Virus record (IMG/VR): IMGVR_UViG_3300025635_000113
Coordinates: 1-31,004 of that record
Origin: a virus
Lineage: Duplodnaviria > Caudoviricetes
Direction: 5' to 3' (one strand)
Length of the DNA stretch: 31,004 nucleotides
A model generated the notes under the pieces. That model did not search any database. It was not told the DNA's origin and saw only the letters and a program-made list of their open reading frames with translations. A program made the translations under genes and the position numbers. Of this stretch, positions 1 through 10,120 are shown piece by piece; within the stretch, counting starts at the first letter, position 1, and each line of letters opens with the position of its first letter.

Positions 1-1
1 T

Positions 2-853
2 GGTGGTTGGTCGGTCTTTATCTCCACTCCTAAAGGCTTCAATCATTTCTATGACCTATGTGAATATGCCGAAACCCATGATAATTACTTCTACTCCCAC
101 GCCACCTCGTATGACAACCCCCACATCCCCGACACCGAAATAGACGAATTACGTGACGATTATATCGCCAAAGGTCGTGAAGATGAGTTCTACCAAGAGT
201 ACATGGCAGAGTTTAGAAAGATGACTGGTCTGGTTTATAAGCAGTTTGATAGAAAAGTACACGTTGTTGAACCAAATGATGTCCCCGAAGCTGGTACCCA
301 TATACTAGGAATCGACTTTGGTTACACCAATCCCATGGCTGCTGTCTTCATACTTGTCGATAAGGATGATAACTGGTGGATATATGACGAATTATACGCC
401 ACTGAACTCGTTACCGAGCAGGCTGTTAACATCATCCAAACCAAAATGGGCCATAATCGCTTCTCAACTATCCTAGGCGACTCCGCTGCCGCCCAAGAAA
501 TAGGTAACTTTAACAATGCAGGCCTACCAGTCACTCCATGTGTGAAGGTCAAAGACTCAATTATCGCTGGTATTCGTGCAATTAACGACCGATTAAAGGT
601 CCTAGAAGGCACAGGTCGTCCTAAACTCTTCATATCTAACGTCTGTAAAAACCTCATCTTTGAATTTGAGTCTTATCATTACCCAGAAGAAAAAGAAAAT
701 CGCAACGCTCCAGAAATTCCTATAAAAGAAAATGACCACGCCCTAGATGCCCTTAGATATCTAGCCTTATCCGTCCAGAATAATAACCGTGCAACCGTCT
801 ATAAGCCGCAATTCTACCAAAAGGGTAAATCAAAAAAGGTAATTCGCTTCTAA
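2..853 (+). CDS. terL: Terminase large subunit, C-terminal part (5'-truncated by window edge)
   Basis: The frame is open from base 2 (GGWSVFISTPKGFNHFY..., STP coupling motif). It continues into an RNase H-like nuclease with GIDFG, GDSAA and DHALDALRY motifs and lies directly before the portal gene. Confidence 0.95.
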   Translation, partial: GGWSVFISTPKGFNHFYDLCEYAETHDNYFYSHATSYDNPHIPDTEIDELRDDYIAKGREDEFYQEYMAEFRKMTGLVYKQFDRKVHVVEPNDVPEAGTHILGIDFGYTNPMAAVFILVDKDDNWWIYDELYATELVTEQAVNIIQTKMGHNRFSTILGDSAAAQEIGNFNNAGLPVTPCVKVKDSIIAGIRAINDRLKVLEGTGRPKLFISNVCKNLIFEFESYHYPEEKENRNAPEIPIKENDHALDALRYLALSVQNNNRATVYKPQFYQKGKSKKVIRF

Positions 854-862
854 TTGTTGATT

Positions 863-868
863 TATAAT
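863..868 (+). promoter_or_regulatory. -10 box TATAAT, 6 nt before the portal ATG (putative leaderless promoter)
   Basis: TATAAT-AGGAAT-ATG; the same spacing recurs at four other genes. Confidence 0.6.
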
Positions 869-874
869 AGGAAT

Positions 875-2548
875 ATGGCAGAAAATAACAAATCAAAGAA
901 AAATCCTGTCGATATTGTTGTATCGGCATTCTCTGAACACCGCGATTACGCAGAATCTAACTATTGGGATACCTGGGAAGACGCTTGGAACGTCTATAAC
1001 AGCAAACGTGTCAAGAAATCCTACGATGGTAACGCTGATTTAACCGACCCGATGATATATGCGTCAATTCGCACCGCTCTTGCAAACATTACCGCAGGCA
1101 AACCTAAGTTTATGTTCTATCCTACCCGTCCTGACCAGCGTACCGATACCCGTGTACTTAACTCCTTAATGGATTTCTGGTGGGATGCTAATGATTTATC
1201 ACTTACTGTAATACCTTGGATTAAAGATATGCTTGTATATGGTACAGGTATTATGTTTACTCACTGGAATATCAACCGACCTAAGATATATCACCAACCT
1301 TTAAGGGATTACTTTGTTGACCCTATGGCTACCAGGCCAGGTGCACAGACCGATGCACGTTATATGGGCCGACGTTTCCTTGCTTCTAAACAAGAACTAG
1401 CCTCATACCAGGTATTAGACCCAGCTACTGGTGAATTCAAACCTCTCTATCAGAACCTTGATAAGATTGATATGGAAGGTTCCACCGATGACGAAGATTT
1501 TGACAAAGATAAGAAAGATATGTTTATGGGCTCTACCGTTAATCGTGCAGAGTCTAAACAGGTTGAAGTAATTGAATACTGGACCAAAGACCGCATCATC
1601 ACCGTTGGTAACCGCTCTGCAGTCTTACGTGACGAAAAGAACGAACTAGGTTGCTTCCCATTTATTGTGCAACGCAATGACATAGATGGTTCACTATTCT
1701 ACGGAAAAGGTGAAGTTGAAGTAAACATCGACCAACAGGAATACCTAAACGACCTAATCAACCAATCACTTGATAACATGACCTACTCACTTAACTCGAT
1801 GTGGCGTGTTGACCCAGCTTTCTCAGACATGGCTGACCAAATCGAATCCGTACCTGGTGCAGTTTATGCCCTACCTCAAGGTGCTATCGAACCAATCAAC
1901 AAACCAGTAACTAACTTCCAAGTATTCCAAGAACGCACCGCAATTAAAGAATCTATCCGTGAAGCCACTGGTATCGACCAGGTTGTTAAAGGTGTAGGCC
2001 AAGGCCGAGGTAATGCAGACATTACCGCTACTGAAGTTTCACAGCAGGTACAATCAGCTCAGACCGGCTTCTCAATGAAACTTACCTTAATTGAAAACGA
2101 AGGATTCCAATACCTAGCTTATGTCTGGTTAAAAATGGCCCAACGTTACCTTGAGCCTAGTGCCCTAGTACGAATTGTAGGCCCAGAAGGTACATACTTT
2201 GAATCAATTAACATTGATGAGTTCTATGGCAACTACGAAGCTAAGGTACAACTAGAATCAACTGTAAAGCGCCTTCAAACAGACGATATAAAGCGATATC
2301 AGGCTCTCTACAGCTCTTTAGCTCAGAATCCGTTAATAGACCAGACTGAACTAACAAAAACGATTATGGAGCGTGTATTCGAGCTAGACAAGGATGAAGC
2401 CGAACGATTAATGGCACCGCCTGCACCAGGTGGCTCACCGATGCAAGGTGATATGATGGCCGCTAATCCTCCTGTACAAGGACCACAAGGAGCAGGTATG
2501 CCACCTATGGGTGCTGGACAACCTACAACTCCCCCTGCTATGATGTAG
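875..2548 (+). CDS. Portal protein (podovirus/P22-like)
   Basis: ~557 aa after terL; DMLVYGTGI, YFVDP, FYGKGEVE and TATEV motifs typical of podoviral portals; Pro/Gln/Met-rich C-tail. Start placed at ATG 875 rather than TTG 854. Confidence 0.9.
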   Translation: MAENNKSKKNPVDIVVSAFSEHRDYAESNYWDTWEDAWNVYNSKRVKKSYDGNADLTDPMIYASIRTALANITAGKPKFMFYPTRPDQRTDTRVLNSLMDFWWDANDLSLTVIPWIKDMLVYGTGIMFTHWNINRPKIYHQPLRDYFVDPMATRPGAQTDARYMGRRFLASKQELASYQVLDPATGEFKPLYQNLDKIDMEGSTDDEDFDKDKKDMFMGSTVNRAESKQVEVIEYWTKDRIITVGNRSAVLRDEKNELGCFPFIVQRNDIDGSLFYGKGEVEVNIDQQEYLNDLINQSLDNMTYSLNSMWRVDPAFSDMADQIESVPGAVYALPQGAIEPINKPVTNFQVFQERTAIKESIREATGIDQVVKGVGQGRGNADITATEVSQQVQSAQTGFSMKLTLIENEGFQYLAYVWLKMAQRYLEPSALVRIVGPEGTYFESINIDEFYGNYEAKVQLESTVKRLQTDDIKRYQALYSSLAQNPLIDQTELTKTIMERVFELDKDEAERLMAPPAPGGSPMQGDMMAANPPVQGPQGAGMPPMGAGQPTTPPAMM

Positions 2549-2552
2549 GCAA

Positions 2553-2786
2553 ATGGCACAGTCAGAAGAAACCCAAAAGATTAAAGCCAACTACCTATCG
2601 ATGTTTAAATCTGATGGTGGTCGGCATTTATATAAAAAGATTATTGAGATGGAACAATCAGCAATGGAACGTGCTTTAGCATCTGATGAAGAACAAATTT
2701 CACTACACGCTATCTACGAAGCTAGGGGCCTTAGACGACTCCGCTCCTATATCGACCTTGCTACCGACAACAAATTACACTCTTGA
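2553..2786 (+). CDS. Small post-portal protein (Bbp19-like)
   Basis: 77 aa with a 'MFKSDGGRHLY' pattern, located between portal and scaffold. Confidence 0.6.
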   Translation: MAQSEETQKIKANYLSMFKSDGGRHLYKKIIEMEQSAMERALASDEEQISLHAIYEARGLRRLRSYIDLATDNKLHS

Positions 2787-2799
2787 CAAGTGCTATAAT
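2783..2799 (+). promoter_or_regulatory. Extended -10 promoter (TGcTATAAT) for the scaffold/capsid genes
   Basis: TTGACAAG-TGCTATAAT, about 40 nt upstream of GTG 2840, which is preceded by GAGG. Confidence 0.6.
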
Positions 2800-2839
2800 A
2801 AAAGGGCAAGTACATTAATAATTAAACGAGGAATATATC

Positions 2840-3598
2840 GTGGAACAAGAACAGACCACAACCGAAACTGGTGTTCAAGAAACTAACGGCGTTGAAAGTG
2901 CTCCTACACCAAGCACCGAATCAACACAACCTGAAGTAGAACCAAAGGTAGAGGCGGAAAGCAATGTAACCGAAGATTCCAGCCCGACTGAGGCCACCTC
3001 ATCTAATGATGAAGATTTGTCTAAATGGGCTGAGAGTAAGGGACTTAATTTAGAAGACCCTGAATCAGTACAAAAACTCGCTAAATCTTATCGGGAAGCC
3101 GAAAAGAAACTACACGAAACTACACAGACAAAATCAGAATTAGAAAAACAATTAGTGCCACCTGGAACTGAATATCAATTCACCCCAGATGGTAACTTAG
3201 ATGTGTATTCAGAAGTTCAAAATGTGAAGACGCAATTAAACCTGCAGAACTTCTACATGGAAAACCCTGATGCACGTAGTTATGATGAGAAAATGGCCGA
3301 AATCGCTATAAGCAAACCTGAGCTTGGGCTTTATGCCAAAACTACAGGTGACTTCTCTGTTTTATTGGCGTTAGCAAAACAAGATGATGTCAAAGCGCAA
3401 GGCGGTCGGGAGGCTTTAGAAAAACTTGCGGACAAACAACGAGCTGCTGTTGCTTCACCTGCTGCTAGTGTCCCAACTCAATCAACACCTAAAATTACCA
3501 GAGAAATAATGCAACAAAAATTACAATCCGGTGATACACAATGGTTTGATGACAACCAGGACACAATTAACAGTATGTTAGCAGAAGGCAGACTCTAA
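2840..3598 (+). CDS. Capsid scaffolding protein
   Basis: Acidic, disordered E/T-rich N-terminus, coiled coil (LAKSYREAEKKL), immediately upstream of the major capsid gene. Confidence 0.8.
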   Translation: MEQEQTTTETGVQETNGVESAPTPSTESTQPEVEPKVEAESNVTEDSSPTEATSSNDEDLSKWAESKGLNLEDPESVQKLAKSYREAEKKLHETTQTKSELEKQLVPPGTEYQFTPDGNLDVYSEVQNVKTQLNLQNFYMENPDARSYDEKMAEIAISKPELGLYAKTTGDFSVLLALAKQDDVKAQGGREALEKLADKQRAAVASPAASVPTQSTPKITREIMQQKLQSGDTQWFDDNQDTINSMLAEGRL

Positions 3599-3630
3599 AC
3601 ACATTAATAACCAAATAGGAGAATACAACA

Positions 3631-4476
3631 ATGGGAAATGTTACCCCAACAACCGCTGCCGTATTCGTACCAGAAGTTTGGGCCGCTGATATCCAGAAGC
3701 ACGTTAAGGCTAATCTAGTTTTTGCGGACCTCGTTAAGAGAGCTGATGCTGATGTTGCCCAATATGGTGACAAAGTTCACTTTCCTTTCCTTGCAGAAGT
3801 TACTGCACGTGATAAGAGCGCTGGTACTGACGTTACATTTGACGCAGCAACAGAATCAGAAATACAATTAGACATCGACAAGCACAAATACTTTGCTTTC
3901 GTTGTTGAAGATATCGTTAAAGCTCAAAGCAAGTACGACCTTCGTGCTGCTTACACCGAAGCCGCTGGTTACACCATGGCTAAGGCTATTGACAGCTCAA
4001 TCGCTGGTCTAGCTACCGGTCTATCACAGACTGTTTCAGCTGGTGCAGCTCTTGAAGACGCTGATGTTATTTCAGCTATTCAAACTCTAGACGCTGGTGA
4101 CGTTCCACGTGAAAACCGTGCTTTCGTTATCCACCCAGAAGCTATGGCTGACCTTCGAGCCCTTGACAAGTTCACTCGTTACGACGCAGTTGGACAGCAA
4201 GGTATTCAAGCTGGCCGTAACAATGGTCTAGTAGCTAATGTTTACGGCGTTGACGTTTACATGACTAGCCAGGTTACTACCACTGCTGGTACCCCTGACC
4301 TTCTTAACAACGTAATGTTCCACCGCGATGCTTTCGTAGCTGCCATTCAGGTTGCTCCAAAAGTTGAAGCTGAATACAGCGTTGACAAACTAGGTTGGAA
4401 AGTGGCTTGCCACACCATCTACGGTATTAAAGAATTACGTGACGCTTTCGGCGTACGTGTAACTCTTGAAAGCTAA
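3631..4476 (+). CDS. Major capsid protein (HK97 fold, P22-coat/N4-like)
   Basis: FVPEVWA...GDKVHFP...LDIDKHKYFAF...HTIYG pattern, strong AGGAG SD, biased codon usage, followed by a terminator. Confidence 0.92.
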   Translation: MGNVTPTTAAVFVPEVWAADIQKHVKANLVFADLVKRADADVAQYGDKVHFPFLAEVTARDKSAGTDVTFDAATESEIQLDIDKHKYFAFVVEDIVKAQSKYDLRAAYTEAAGYTMAKAIDSSIAGLATGLSQTVSAGAALEDADVISAIQTLDAGDVPRENRAFVIHPEAMADLRALDKFTRYDAVGQQGIQAGRNNGLVANVYGVDVYMTSQVTTTAGTPDLLNNVMFHRDAFVAAIQVAPKVEAEYSVDKLGWKVACHTIYGIKELRDAFGVRVTLES

Positions 4477-4495
4477 GATTAATTAGCTAACCATT

Positions 4496-4522
4496 AAAGC
4501 ACTCTTTACAGGGTGCTTTTTT
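4496..4522 (+). terminator. Intrinsic terminator after the capsid gene
   Basis: AAAGCACTCT-TTAC-AGGGTGCTTT stem-loop followed by a T run. Confidence 0.85.
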
Positions 4523-4540
4523 GGTTGTACTATAAGCGCA

Positions 4541-4777
4541 ATGGCAAGAGAAGCAACAGACGCAACAAAATTAGCCCGGGACTTACCAAAGTTTGGTGAA
4601 GTGCTACGTACAAAACGTGGTCGGGTCAAAGCCTTAGGCGGCAATGAAGATTATATAGATATCCTATGGGATTTAAGCGAACACTGTAAGAAAGGACAAG
4701 TCTTTGAAATAAGAGTGGGTGATAGACGTGTCCGCATATCTAAACAAGCACTAGACCACTTTTTAAGGGCGGTATGA
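4541..4777 (+). CDS. Hypothetical protein
   Basis: 78 aa ORF with an ATGA overlap to the next gene; TACTAT/TATAAG -10-like sequence just upstream of its ATG. Confidence 0.7.
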   Translation: MAREATDATKLARDLPKFGEVLRTKRGRVKALGGNEDYIDILWDLSEHCKKGQVFEIRVGDRRVRISKQALDHFLRAV

Positions 4778-5613
4778 AGATAGCAGTCTGTTTGCCTAGC
4801 CGTGGTACGGTTTATTCGCAAACAGTAGATGAGATACTTAGAGAACTTAAATCATTTGGCGCTGACTGGGAAATATACTGGTCACACGCAAATCCTATAC
4901 CTGATTGTTTTAATATTGTCACTGAGCAAGCACTAGAAGACAAAGATGTAACGCACCTGTGGTATGTCGAAGAAGATATGGTACTTACCAAAGGTATCTT
5001 AAAACACATGATATCTGAAATGGTTGAAAATAATTGGACAATAGTAGCATCTGATTATCCGTTAATAGATGTACCATCTAGAACAATCTATCGTGACCCT
5101 TATGGGGCAGCGTATTTTACAGGATGTGGATGTACCATTGTACAAAGAAAAGTATTTAATATTTTATCTAAACCATATTGGAGAACAGATGTAGAGTGGA
5201 ATATAGAAATTAAAGACGACTACTTACTCGTAAAACCCAAATGGGTAAAAGATACTTCTAAGGTTTATGGATATCAAGATATTACATTTGGCTTATCATT
5301 GTATCTTAAAAATAACCCAATTATGGTTAGCTCTATGAGTTGTGGACAGCGTAAAATGACGCACGAAGGTGGCAAAGACAACAATAATGGGCATCATGTT
5401 ATAAAAGAATATATTAATATCAGTAAAAGACGAATGTTTGAACAGCAAGGATATAATGAATTAATTGAGCTTTATGCAGATAACGATTTAGAAGATAGAA
5501 TACACGTTACAAGGGAACAAGCCAATGAATTAATAACACGTGGCTATAAAAGATTTGATTATGGGCAAGTTGTATTAGAAGACCCTGAAGGCATTTGGGA
5601 GAAAATAAAATGA
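4774..5613 (+). CDS. Glycosyltransferase, GT-A/GT2-like
   Basis: KIAVCLPSRG N-terminal strand, HLWYVEEDM (DxD-equivalent), GCGCTIV and QDITF catalytic region. Confidence 0.75.
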   Translation: MKIAVCLPSRGTVYSQTVDEILRELKSFGADWEIYWSHANPIPDCFNIVTEQALEDKDVTHLWYVEEDMVLTKGILKHMISEMVENNWTIVASDYPLIDVPSRTIYRDPYGAAYFTGCGCTIVQRKVFNILSKPYWRTDVEWNIEIKDDYLLVKPKWVKDTSKVYGYQDITFGLSLYLKNNPIMVSSMSCGQRKMTHEGGKDNNNGHHVIKEYINISKRRMFEQQGYNELIELYADNDLEDRIHVTREQANELITRGYKRFDYGQVVLEDPEGIWEKIK

Positions 5614-6371
5614 AATTACTCACAGTGATGATTACACATAATAGATTGGCTTACACAAAACAAACTTTAGAAAATTATTTATCAACGGTGACTGTGCCAC
5701 AATTTTTGGTAGTAGTAGATAATGCTTCAACTGATGACACCAAAGAATGGTTAGAAATGCAAAGCAACAAAGGCAAAATTAATTATTTGTTGTTAAATGA
5801 CAAAAATTACTATCCCGGTGCGGCGGCTAACTTTGGTTGGGCTAAAGGTTTGGAGTTTTATCCAGAAGCCACACATTTAATGCGTTTAGACAACGATATG
5901 GCATTTGCTGATGGCTGGTCAGAAGTTGCCAAAAAATACTTTGACAAGATACCTAAATTAGGGCAGTTAGGATTAGATTATGGGCCAATGAATGACCCTG
6001 AAGCGGACAGGTTTGATGAATATGAAAATGGTATGACTTATAACCCATACCCTGGGAACATAGGTGGCACAATGATAATGCGTAAAGAAATATGGGCACA
6101 AGGTATCAAATATGACACAACGCCCTGGTCACACACTAAAGAAATTCCTACTGCTCAAGAAGATGTAAAGTTAAGTGCTGACATATTTGCTGCTAAGTGG
6201 AAATTTGGTCATTCAACTGTTAAATTAGCTTGGACTATAGATAATTGGGAAGACTACCCTGAATACTACATTAAGACTATGACTGATAGGGGATATGGCA
6301 AAGTATTCAAGCGCAGATTAGATAAATTAAGGAAACTCGCAGATGGTAAGCGTATTAGTACCAACTCGTGA
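5610..6371 (+). CDS. Glycosyltransferase family 2
   Basis: ITHNR, VVVDNASTD, RLDNDM (DxD) and QEDV motifs. Start at ATG 5610 (ATGA overlap). Confidence 0.9.
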   Translation: MKLLTVMITHNRLAYTKQTLENYLSTVTVPQFLVVVDNASTDDTKEWLEMQSNKGKINYLLLNDKNYYPGAAANFGWAKGLEFYPEATHLMRLDNDMAFADGWSEVAKKYFDKIPKLGQLGLDYGPMNDPEADRFDEYENGMTYNPYPGNIGGTMIMRKEIWAQGIKYDTTPWSHTKEIPTAQEDVKLSADIFAAKWKFGHSTVKLAWTIDNWEDYPEYYIKTMTDRGYGKVFKRRLDKLRKLADGKRISTNS

Positions 6372-6960
6372 ACGTTCAGTAATGTTCTATGAAAGTATAA
6401 AGTCACTTGGTGATGATGTTGAAATATTAGCTTACGTTGATATAGATGACGCACAACTATCTGGGTATTTGAGCATACTTCAAGATAATCTTACCTTTGT
6501 GATAGGCAAACGATTCACATATCATAAACTGCACGAATACTACAATAAACTTGCTAGACTGGCATCTGGTGATTGGTTGATGTTGTGGAATGACGACGCT
6601 GAAATGATGACACCTAATTGGACTGAATTCTTACACGCACCCATATCTCCAGAAGTAATAAACTTTGACAAGAATGAACAGAATAATCTATTCCCGATAA
6701 TAAGCCGTCAAATGTATCAAGCTATGGGTCATTTCTCACTATCACCACATAATGACAGCTGGGTGCAGGATATCGCAAACATACTAAGCATTCATACATA
6801 TATTGATGGCGTCAACATACAACATCACAGGGATATAATAGATGACAGTACCAAACGAGAAACACAAGCTGCTTATAAGATTACAAGCCCACTTCATTAC
6901 AGCGATGAATTACAAAGATTAATGCAGATAGACATCGAAAAGATAAAGGAGAATTTATGA
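6343..6960 (+). CDS. Glycosyltransferase, GT-A/GT2-like
   Basis: VSVLVPTRER, YVDIDD, ASGDWLMLWNDD, FPII and HNDSW motifs. Confidence 0.82.
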   Translation: MVSVLVPTRERSVMFYESIKSLGDDVEILAYVDIDDAQLSGYLSILQDNLTFVIGKRFTYHKLHEYYNKLARLASGDWLMLWNDDAEMMTPNWTEFLHAPISPEVINFDKNEQNNLFPIISRQMYQAMGHFSLSPHNDSWVQDIANILSIHTYIDGVNIQHHRDIIDDSTKRETQAAYKITSPLHYSDELQRLMQIDIEKIKENL

Positions 6961-8213
6961 AAATAGGATTTATCGGATTAGGAAAACTTGGATTACCTGT
7001 AGCACTAGCAATAGAATCCAAAGGCCATACAGTATGTGGATATGATACCAATCCTGAAGTTAAAAAATACATTGAAGAACGTAAGATACCATATCGTGAG
7101 GAGGGTGCTGAAGAACTACTTAAATCTACTAAAATTAGTTTTGAAAAGAATCTTAAAGCAGTTGTTCAGAAAAGCGACATTATATTCATTCCAGTGCAGA
7201 CACCACACGACCCACGTTTTGAAGGTATTACTAGATTGCCTCGAGCCAGAGCTGACTTTAATTACCGGCACTTACTCAAAGCAACCTATGATGTTATCCA
7301 CACCATTGAAACATCTGGTGAACGTAAGATTATTTGCATAATATCCACAGTTCTTCCTGGAACAATTAAACGTAGCATTCAACCTGTAGTAGATAAAGCT
7401 AATCAAATGGGTGACTTGGTGCGGCTTGTATATACACCACAGTTTATTGCGATGGGCACCACAATAAATGATTTCTTAAACCCAGAGTTTACATTACTTG
7501 GTGTTAACGACAAAGAATCAGGTGACACAATAGAAAACTTATTTACAAGTATGACCAATAAACCGTGTTTTAGGACCGATATTTCAACGGCCGAAGGAAT
7601 TAAGGTTTTTTACAACACTTTTATCACAATGAAGACCGTTTTGGCAAATATTTATGGGGAAATGTCCGAGAAACTAGGAATGAATGTCGATGATATTTAT
7701 AAGGCATTGTCAATGGCTGATAAACGCATCATATCTAACAAATACTTAAAAGCCGGTATGGGTGATGGTGGAGGGTGTCATCCAAGGGACAATATTGCAC
7801 TTAGCTGGGTAGCCAAGCAAACTAATCTTTCTTATGATATATTCACCGCACTGATGAAAGCTCGTGAAGCACATACTGAATGGTTAGTTGACGTAATTGT
7901 GACACAACACGAAAAGAAAAAATTACCTATATTAATACTAGGTAAAACATTCAAACCAGAAACAAATATTACTACTGGTTCACCAGCAATCCTTCTTGCT
8001 AATTTATTATCTGACCGTGAAATAACGTTTGCTCATTATGACCCATACATAGATGGTCCTGCATTAGAAATAGACGACCCACATATTATTTTTCTTGCAA
8101 CTGACCACCGATATGACCTAGGTGACATACCAACTGGTTCGATAGTTATTGACCCGTTTGGTTCTACACCTGATTTACCAGGCGTAAAAGTGATTAGGCT
8201 CGGTAGAGTATAA
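6957..8213 (+). CDS. ugd: UDP-glucose/GDP-mannose dehydrogenase family protein
   Basis: Rossmann motif GLGKLG, VQTP, STVLPGT, catalytic Lys in EGIKVFYN, catalytic Cys in GGGCHPRD, and LGKTFKPET. Confidence 0.93.
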   Translation: MKIGFIGLGKLGLPVALAIESKGHTVCGYDTNPEVKKYIEERKIPYREEGAEELLKSTKISFEKNLKAVVQKSDIIFIPVQTPHDPRFEGITRLPRARADFNYRHLLKATYDVIHTIETSGERKIICIISTVLPGTIKRSIQPVVDKANQMGDLVRLVYTPQFIAMGTTINDFLNPEFTLLGVNDKESGDTIENLFTSMTNKPCFRTDISTAEGIKVFYNTFITMKTVLANIYGEMSEKLGMNVDDIYKALSMADKRIISNKYLKAGMGDGGGCHPRDNIALSWVAKQTNLSYDIFTALMKAREAHTEWLVDVIVTQHEKKKLPILILGKTFKPETNITTGSPAILLANLLSDREITFAHYDPYIDGPALEIDDPHIIFLATDHRYDLGDIPTGSIVIDPFGSTPDLPGVKVIRLGRV

Positions 8214-8214
8214 T
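8209..8214 (+). promoter_or_regulatory. -10 box TATAAT, 6 nt before ATG 8221
   Basis: AGTATAAT-TAAACT-ATG with no SD. Confidence 0.65.
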
Positions 8215-8220
8215 TAAACT

Positions 8221-10080
8221 ATGTATGAAGACATAATCAAAGCAAGTCAAGAGCTTGCTGATAAGCGTAAAGAAGAAGACTCAAAACTCCAGCAAGAAGA
8301 CAAAATGCTGGAGCAGACTGACCTTATAAACAAAACTAACGTTGAGGTCGCTAAACAGTTAGTTAAATTTATGCATGAGTATCTTACAAGTGTTGAAGTC
8401 AACAATATGCCAGAAGACTTGGCAAAGTCTGAAGATATTGAGGAAATGGTAGATAAATTGGAAAAACTTATCACCGTCAACGCTACGAACTCTGGCAATT
8501 TTGTCAAATCGCTTGATACAGGCATATCCGAACTTATTGGTGCGGTTGAGAAACTCAACGAAACAGCTTCGGACAAAAGCGATGAATCTGAATATTATGA
8601 CCAGATGTGTCAAGATTTACGCAATGTGCAACAAGCAATCGTTGACGCAAATAAAGCCGTTCTAAACAACGATAAAACCAAAGATGTAATATCTAGCCTA
8701 AAAAACCTAGAAAAGGCCGTGAAGGGCCTCAAATTAGCTCCCAGCATAAGTGTTTCACCAACACCAGTTGACTTAAAAGGCATTGAAAAAGCAATCTCTG
8801 AAATACCTTCTAAGATTGTAATTCCTGAAACAGTCATTCCCACTCAAGATAATACCGATTTAATGTCGGCAATTAATCAGACGACTGAAGCTATACGCAA
8901 CATTGTATTTCCGGTTGCTGAATTTCCCACTACTGTTAAGGTTACTAACCCAGATGGAAGTAATGTCGGGGAATCTTCAAGCCCTGTTGCCTTAGTAGCC
9001 CAAGACTTATTTGGTAGTGCTGTTAGTGGTTCTCGTTATAACCAGGTAGAAGTAGATTTCAGTACAACTGACCCAGATGCTATCAGTGATTTAACTGTAA
9101 CTAAAACAGTAGGTGGCGATGCTAGTAATTCAGGTGGGCAGGCCTTATTCACTACAGGTACTAACACTAACAGTGGTATTAAGGCAGTTACAGGTACTTC
9201 GGTAACTTACCGACCACACGCAGAAACCTTTGTAGCTTTTACTGCTATCTTTACTACAGGCATTGCTAACTCTTATCAACGTATTGGTCTATATGACACT
9301 AACAACGGATTCTTTATAGGTTATGAAGGCACATCATTTGGTGTGACTAAGCGTAGTGGGGCAGTAGATGTTACAACTGCACAGGCAAGTTTTAGCGAAG
9401 ATACCCTTACTGGACAGACTGGTTCAGGTTATACACGTAACGGCACACCGGAAGCCATAGATTTTACCAAAGACAACCTATTCAGAATACGCTTTGGTTG
9501 GTTAGGTGCAGCACCAATATTGTTTGAAGTATTCTCTCCAGATGGTGAGTGGGTAGTATTTCATAAGATTAAACACCCTAACACCGCAGCAGTGCCTACA
9601 GTAGAAAACCCTAACCTGCCTATAACACTAGATGTTAAAAAGACAGGTGGTGGTGCTGGAATACTTTCTATCAAAACAGCCTGTTGGGCTGCTGGTTCAA
9701 CCAGTAACTTTTTAACAATGACCCACCCAATTACTGATAGCACCCTAGCAGGACTTAACAGGTCTGTTATTGCAGGTAGGTCTAGTACAGGTGGTGGAAC
9801 TTATTACAATGTTAAAGTAAACCCTAGTGGTTCGTTAGAAACAACCGCTACGATATCTGGAACTGTTTCAACTGAAAGTGCTGTTTATTACAAGCGCTTA
9901 GATGATACAACTACAACAAATATGATATATATTGGTGAAGCAACGCCTGGTACAGCTACTTCTGCTGCTACTTGGAGAATAAAAAGATTAAATGTTGCTA
10001 CCGGTTTAATAATTCAATGGGCTGGCAGTGGAAATTTCACGCAAGTCTGGGATAATAGGGCTAGCCTAACTTATAATTAA
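8221..10080 (+). CDS. Putative virion structural protein: N-terminal coiled coil, Pro-rich linker, Thr/Gly-rich beta (lectin-like) domain, short C-terminal module
   Basis: Composition shifts from helical to T/G/S-rich at about VTNPDGS; the C-terminal 'YIGEATPGTATSAATWRIKR...WDNRASLTY' module resembles those of phage structural genes. Confidence 0.65.
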   Translation: MYEDIIKASQELADKRKEEDSKLQQEDKMLEQTDLINKTNVEVAKQLVKFMHEYLTSVEVNNMPEDLAKSEDIEEMVDKLEKLITVNATNSGNFVKSLDTGISELIGAVEKLNETASDKSDESEYYDQMCQDLRNVQQAIVDANKAVLNNDKTKDVISSLKNLEKAVKGLKLAPSISVSPTPVDLKGIEKAISEIPSKIVIPETVIPTQDNTDLMSAINQTTEAIRNIVFPVAEFPTTVKVTNPDGSNVGESSSPVALVAQDLFGSAVSGSRYNQVEVDFSTTDPDAISDLTVTKTVGGDASNSGGQALFTTGTNTNSGIKAVTGTSVTYRPHAETFVAFTAIFTTGIANSYQRIGLYDTNNGFFIGYEGTSFGVTKRSGAVDVTTAQASFSEDTLTGQTGSGYTRNGTPEAIDFTKDNLFRIRFGWLGAAPILFEVFSPDGEWVVFHKIKHPNTAAVPTVENPNLPITLDVKKTGGGAGILSIKTACWAAGSTSNFLTMTHPITDSTLAGLNRSVIAGRSSTGGGTYYNVKVNPSGSLETTATISGTVSTESAVYYKRLDDTTTTNMIYIGEATPGTATSAATWRIKRLNVATGLIIQWAGSGNFTQVWDNRASLTYN

Positions 10081-10111
10081 TGTATAATCTAACTTATAAT
10101 TAGTGTATAAT
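10066..10111 (+). repeat. 23-bp tandem duplication (1 mismatch) containing four TATAAT hexamers
   Basis: CTAACTTATAATTAATGTATAAT followed by CTAACTTATAATTAGTGTATAAT. Confidence 0.9.
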
Positions 10112-10120
10112 AGGAGATAT

